Source: Amphiscolops sp. MND2022
Taxonomy: Eukaryota
NCBI GenBank assembly: GCA_964187785.1
Contig: OZ076417.1
Location: forward strand, 34,968,001-35,032,000
Reading direction: 5' to 3'
DNA length: 64,000 bases
Positions 62,597-64,000 of the stretch are shown here, piece by piece; position 1 is the first letter of the stretch; the number at the start of each line of letters is the position of its first letter. A model generated the notes under the pieces. It searched no databases. It was given only the letters and a program-made list of their open reading frames with translations, and was not told the origin of the DNA. The translations under genes were made by a program, and so were the position numbers.

Positions 62597-63560
62597 GAAA
62601 GACTTAATTCCCTTTGTATTAAAAGGCATGTTCTAAAAGGCGGTATAAATGACTTTTACAGGGTAAAAAGTGAAAAAAATTTCAAGCACGACAGATGCTA
62701 CAAGAGCACTTAATAAACCAAGTGCAAGAACGATTTATATCGAAGGAAGACACTGATTATATCATTATACATGTGTCGTGGAAACCGCATACATATCTTA
62801 AACTGTGAGAAAACAACTACCAAAGGGGATAGATAGATAGTACGTCAAGATTTAAAATCTAATATACCCTAATATTGTCAAAGAAAAATTGCTCAATTTT
62901 GGATGACGTTTTAAAATATTCTGGCTTTTTTTTATATCTGGCTTAATACTGAAATCTGGCAGATTTTGATGAACTGGTACATTTTCGATTGGTTAGCAAT
63001 TTTAGAGGCTGGCTTTTGTTCGCTCGAAAGATATTATGGACATATTTTGTCTCTCTGACTTCTAATAGCAACAAATTTTGGCTAAAAATGCAATTCAAAA
63101 GTGAAATTAATCATGACTAATTTTGGTCCCAATCGTTAGTAATTTTTGTACTCACGATTGGGACCAAAATATCACAGAATCTTTTTTTCATTTTAGTATA
63201 CTGAGAGGCCTCCTTTTTGTCCTCACGAAAGATATTAGGGACATGTTTTAACTGTCTGACTTCTAATAACAACAAAATTTGGCTAAAAATGCAATTCAAA
63301 AGTGAAATTAATCATGACTAATTTTGGTCCCAATCGTGAGTAATTTTTTTACTCACGATTGGGACCAAAATATCACAGAATCTTTTTTCATTTTAGTATA
63401 CTGAAAGGCCTCCGTTCTGTCCTCACGAAAGATATTATGGACATATCGTCCCTCTGGCTTCTCATAGCAACGAAATTCGGCTAAAAAAGTAACTCAAAGG
63501 TGGATTTAATCATGAATAATTTTGGTCACAAATTGTCACAAAGTTTGATCCTGGTCTCAC
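62270..63560 (+). repeat. R1 array (duplicate of 1600-2760)
   Basis: Palindromes at ~63121 and ~63321. Confidence 0.9.
62566..62758 (-). mobile_element. 5'-truncated non-LTR retrotransposon (CR1/L2-like 3' end) with (GTA)n tail
   Basis: Absent from the 1-3112 copy. 5-bp TSD atatc at 62561-62565 and 62759-62763. Minus strand reads SSFDINRSCTWFIKCSCSICRA*, then a 3' UTR and a (GTA)n tail. Confidence 0.85.
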
Positions 63561-64000
63561 AAAATTATTGACTGATCTTGCATTGTTTCTATTTTTGAAT
63601 AACATGGCAGTCATACAAAAAATCACTTGAGTTCAAAATTTGGCAAACTATGCTAAAATACCATTTGTTTGATTTGTTACACTTTATCATGTTTTGATCC
63701 TCCAGTATCTCAGATGACTCTCATCCTTTTATGGTAAGCTATATATAGTCCGCTAATTTGAAGATAACGCGTGAACAGTTTCTAACTACACTTGCCAAAA
63801 GAAAACGCTAATCTCTCCTGATTCTGTGGTCAACCATAGTCCGTGAAAAGTCACGTTTAGTTCGTAATTTGCCATTTTGTGCTACCTAGTTAAATAATTG
63901 CTCGTTTATTTATCATTTCTCGTTGAAACTTAGTTTGATTTTAATTCATTGTCACTTTTGCTACTTCATTGCTCTTTGTGCAAGGCTTTCGAGACATACT

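Larger units (their letters stand above)
60673..64000 (+). repeat. Direct segmental duplicate of 1-3112
   Basis: Collinear, with scattered substitutions and small indels, plus one 198-bp insertion (LINE piece + TSD). Confidence 0.97.

Overview
AT-rich, repeat-dense eukaryotic (animal-like) genomic DNA with GT-AG introns and two 200-nt N gaps. It is not prokaryotic and has no CRISPR. Four zones. (1) ~3.8-28.7 kb: four spliced genes packed between arrays of a modular repeat family (called R1 here, with a perfect 22-bp-stem palindrome) and bracketed by ~1.1-1.4 kb inverted arms. They are a C2H2-finger + JmjC (KDM2/KDM7-PHF8-like) demethylase with an intact 7-exon ORF, a multi-Tudor-like protein, a degenerate tyrosine-recombinase-like + SET (SETD8/PR-Set7-like) protein, and a RAG1/Transib-like DDE protein with a 13-aa repeat and a C-terminal BRCT-like domain. 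This looks like a large mobile element carrying its own histone writer/eraser/reader kit and is the main finding (inference). (2) ~29-47 kb: nested LTR-retrotransposon remnants, including one with paired ~605-bp LTRs whose pol is replaced by a decayed BED-finger/hAT-like gene containing a MITE. (3) ~48-56 kb: a secreted PAN-TSP1-C-type lectin gene with ~2.05-kb tandem duplications carrying 5'-truncated but open lectin copies. (4) ~56.8-64 kb: satellites, a tRNA-derived SINE head, more R1, and a hAT transposase remnant + RING exon + R1 block that is a near-identical direct copy of positions 1-3112. Domain calls come from motif recognition by eye, not from searches, and repeat boundaries are approximate.
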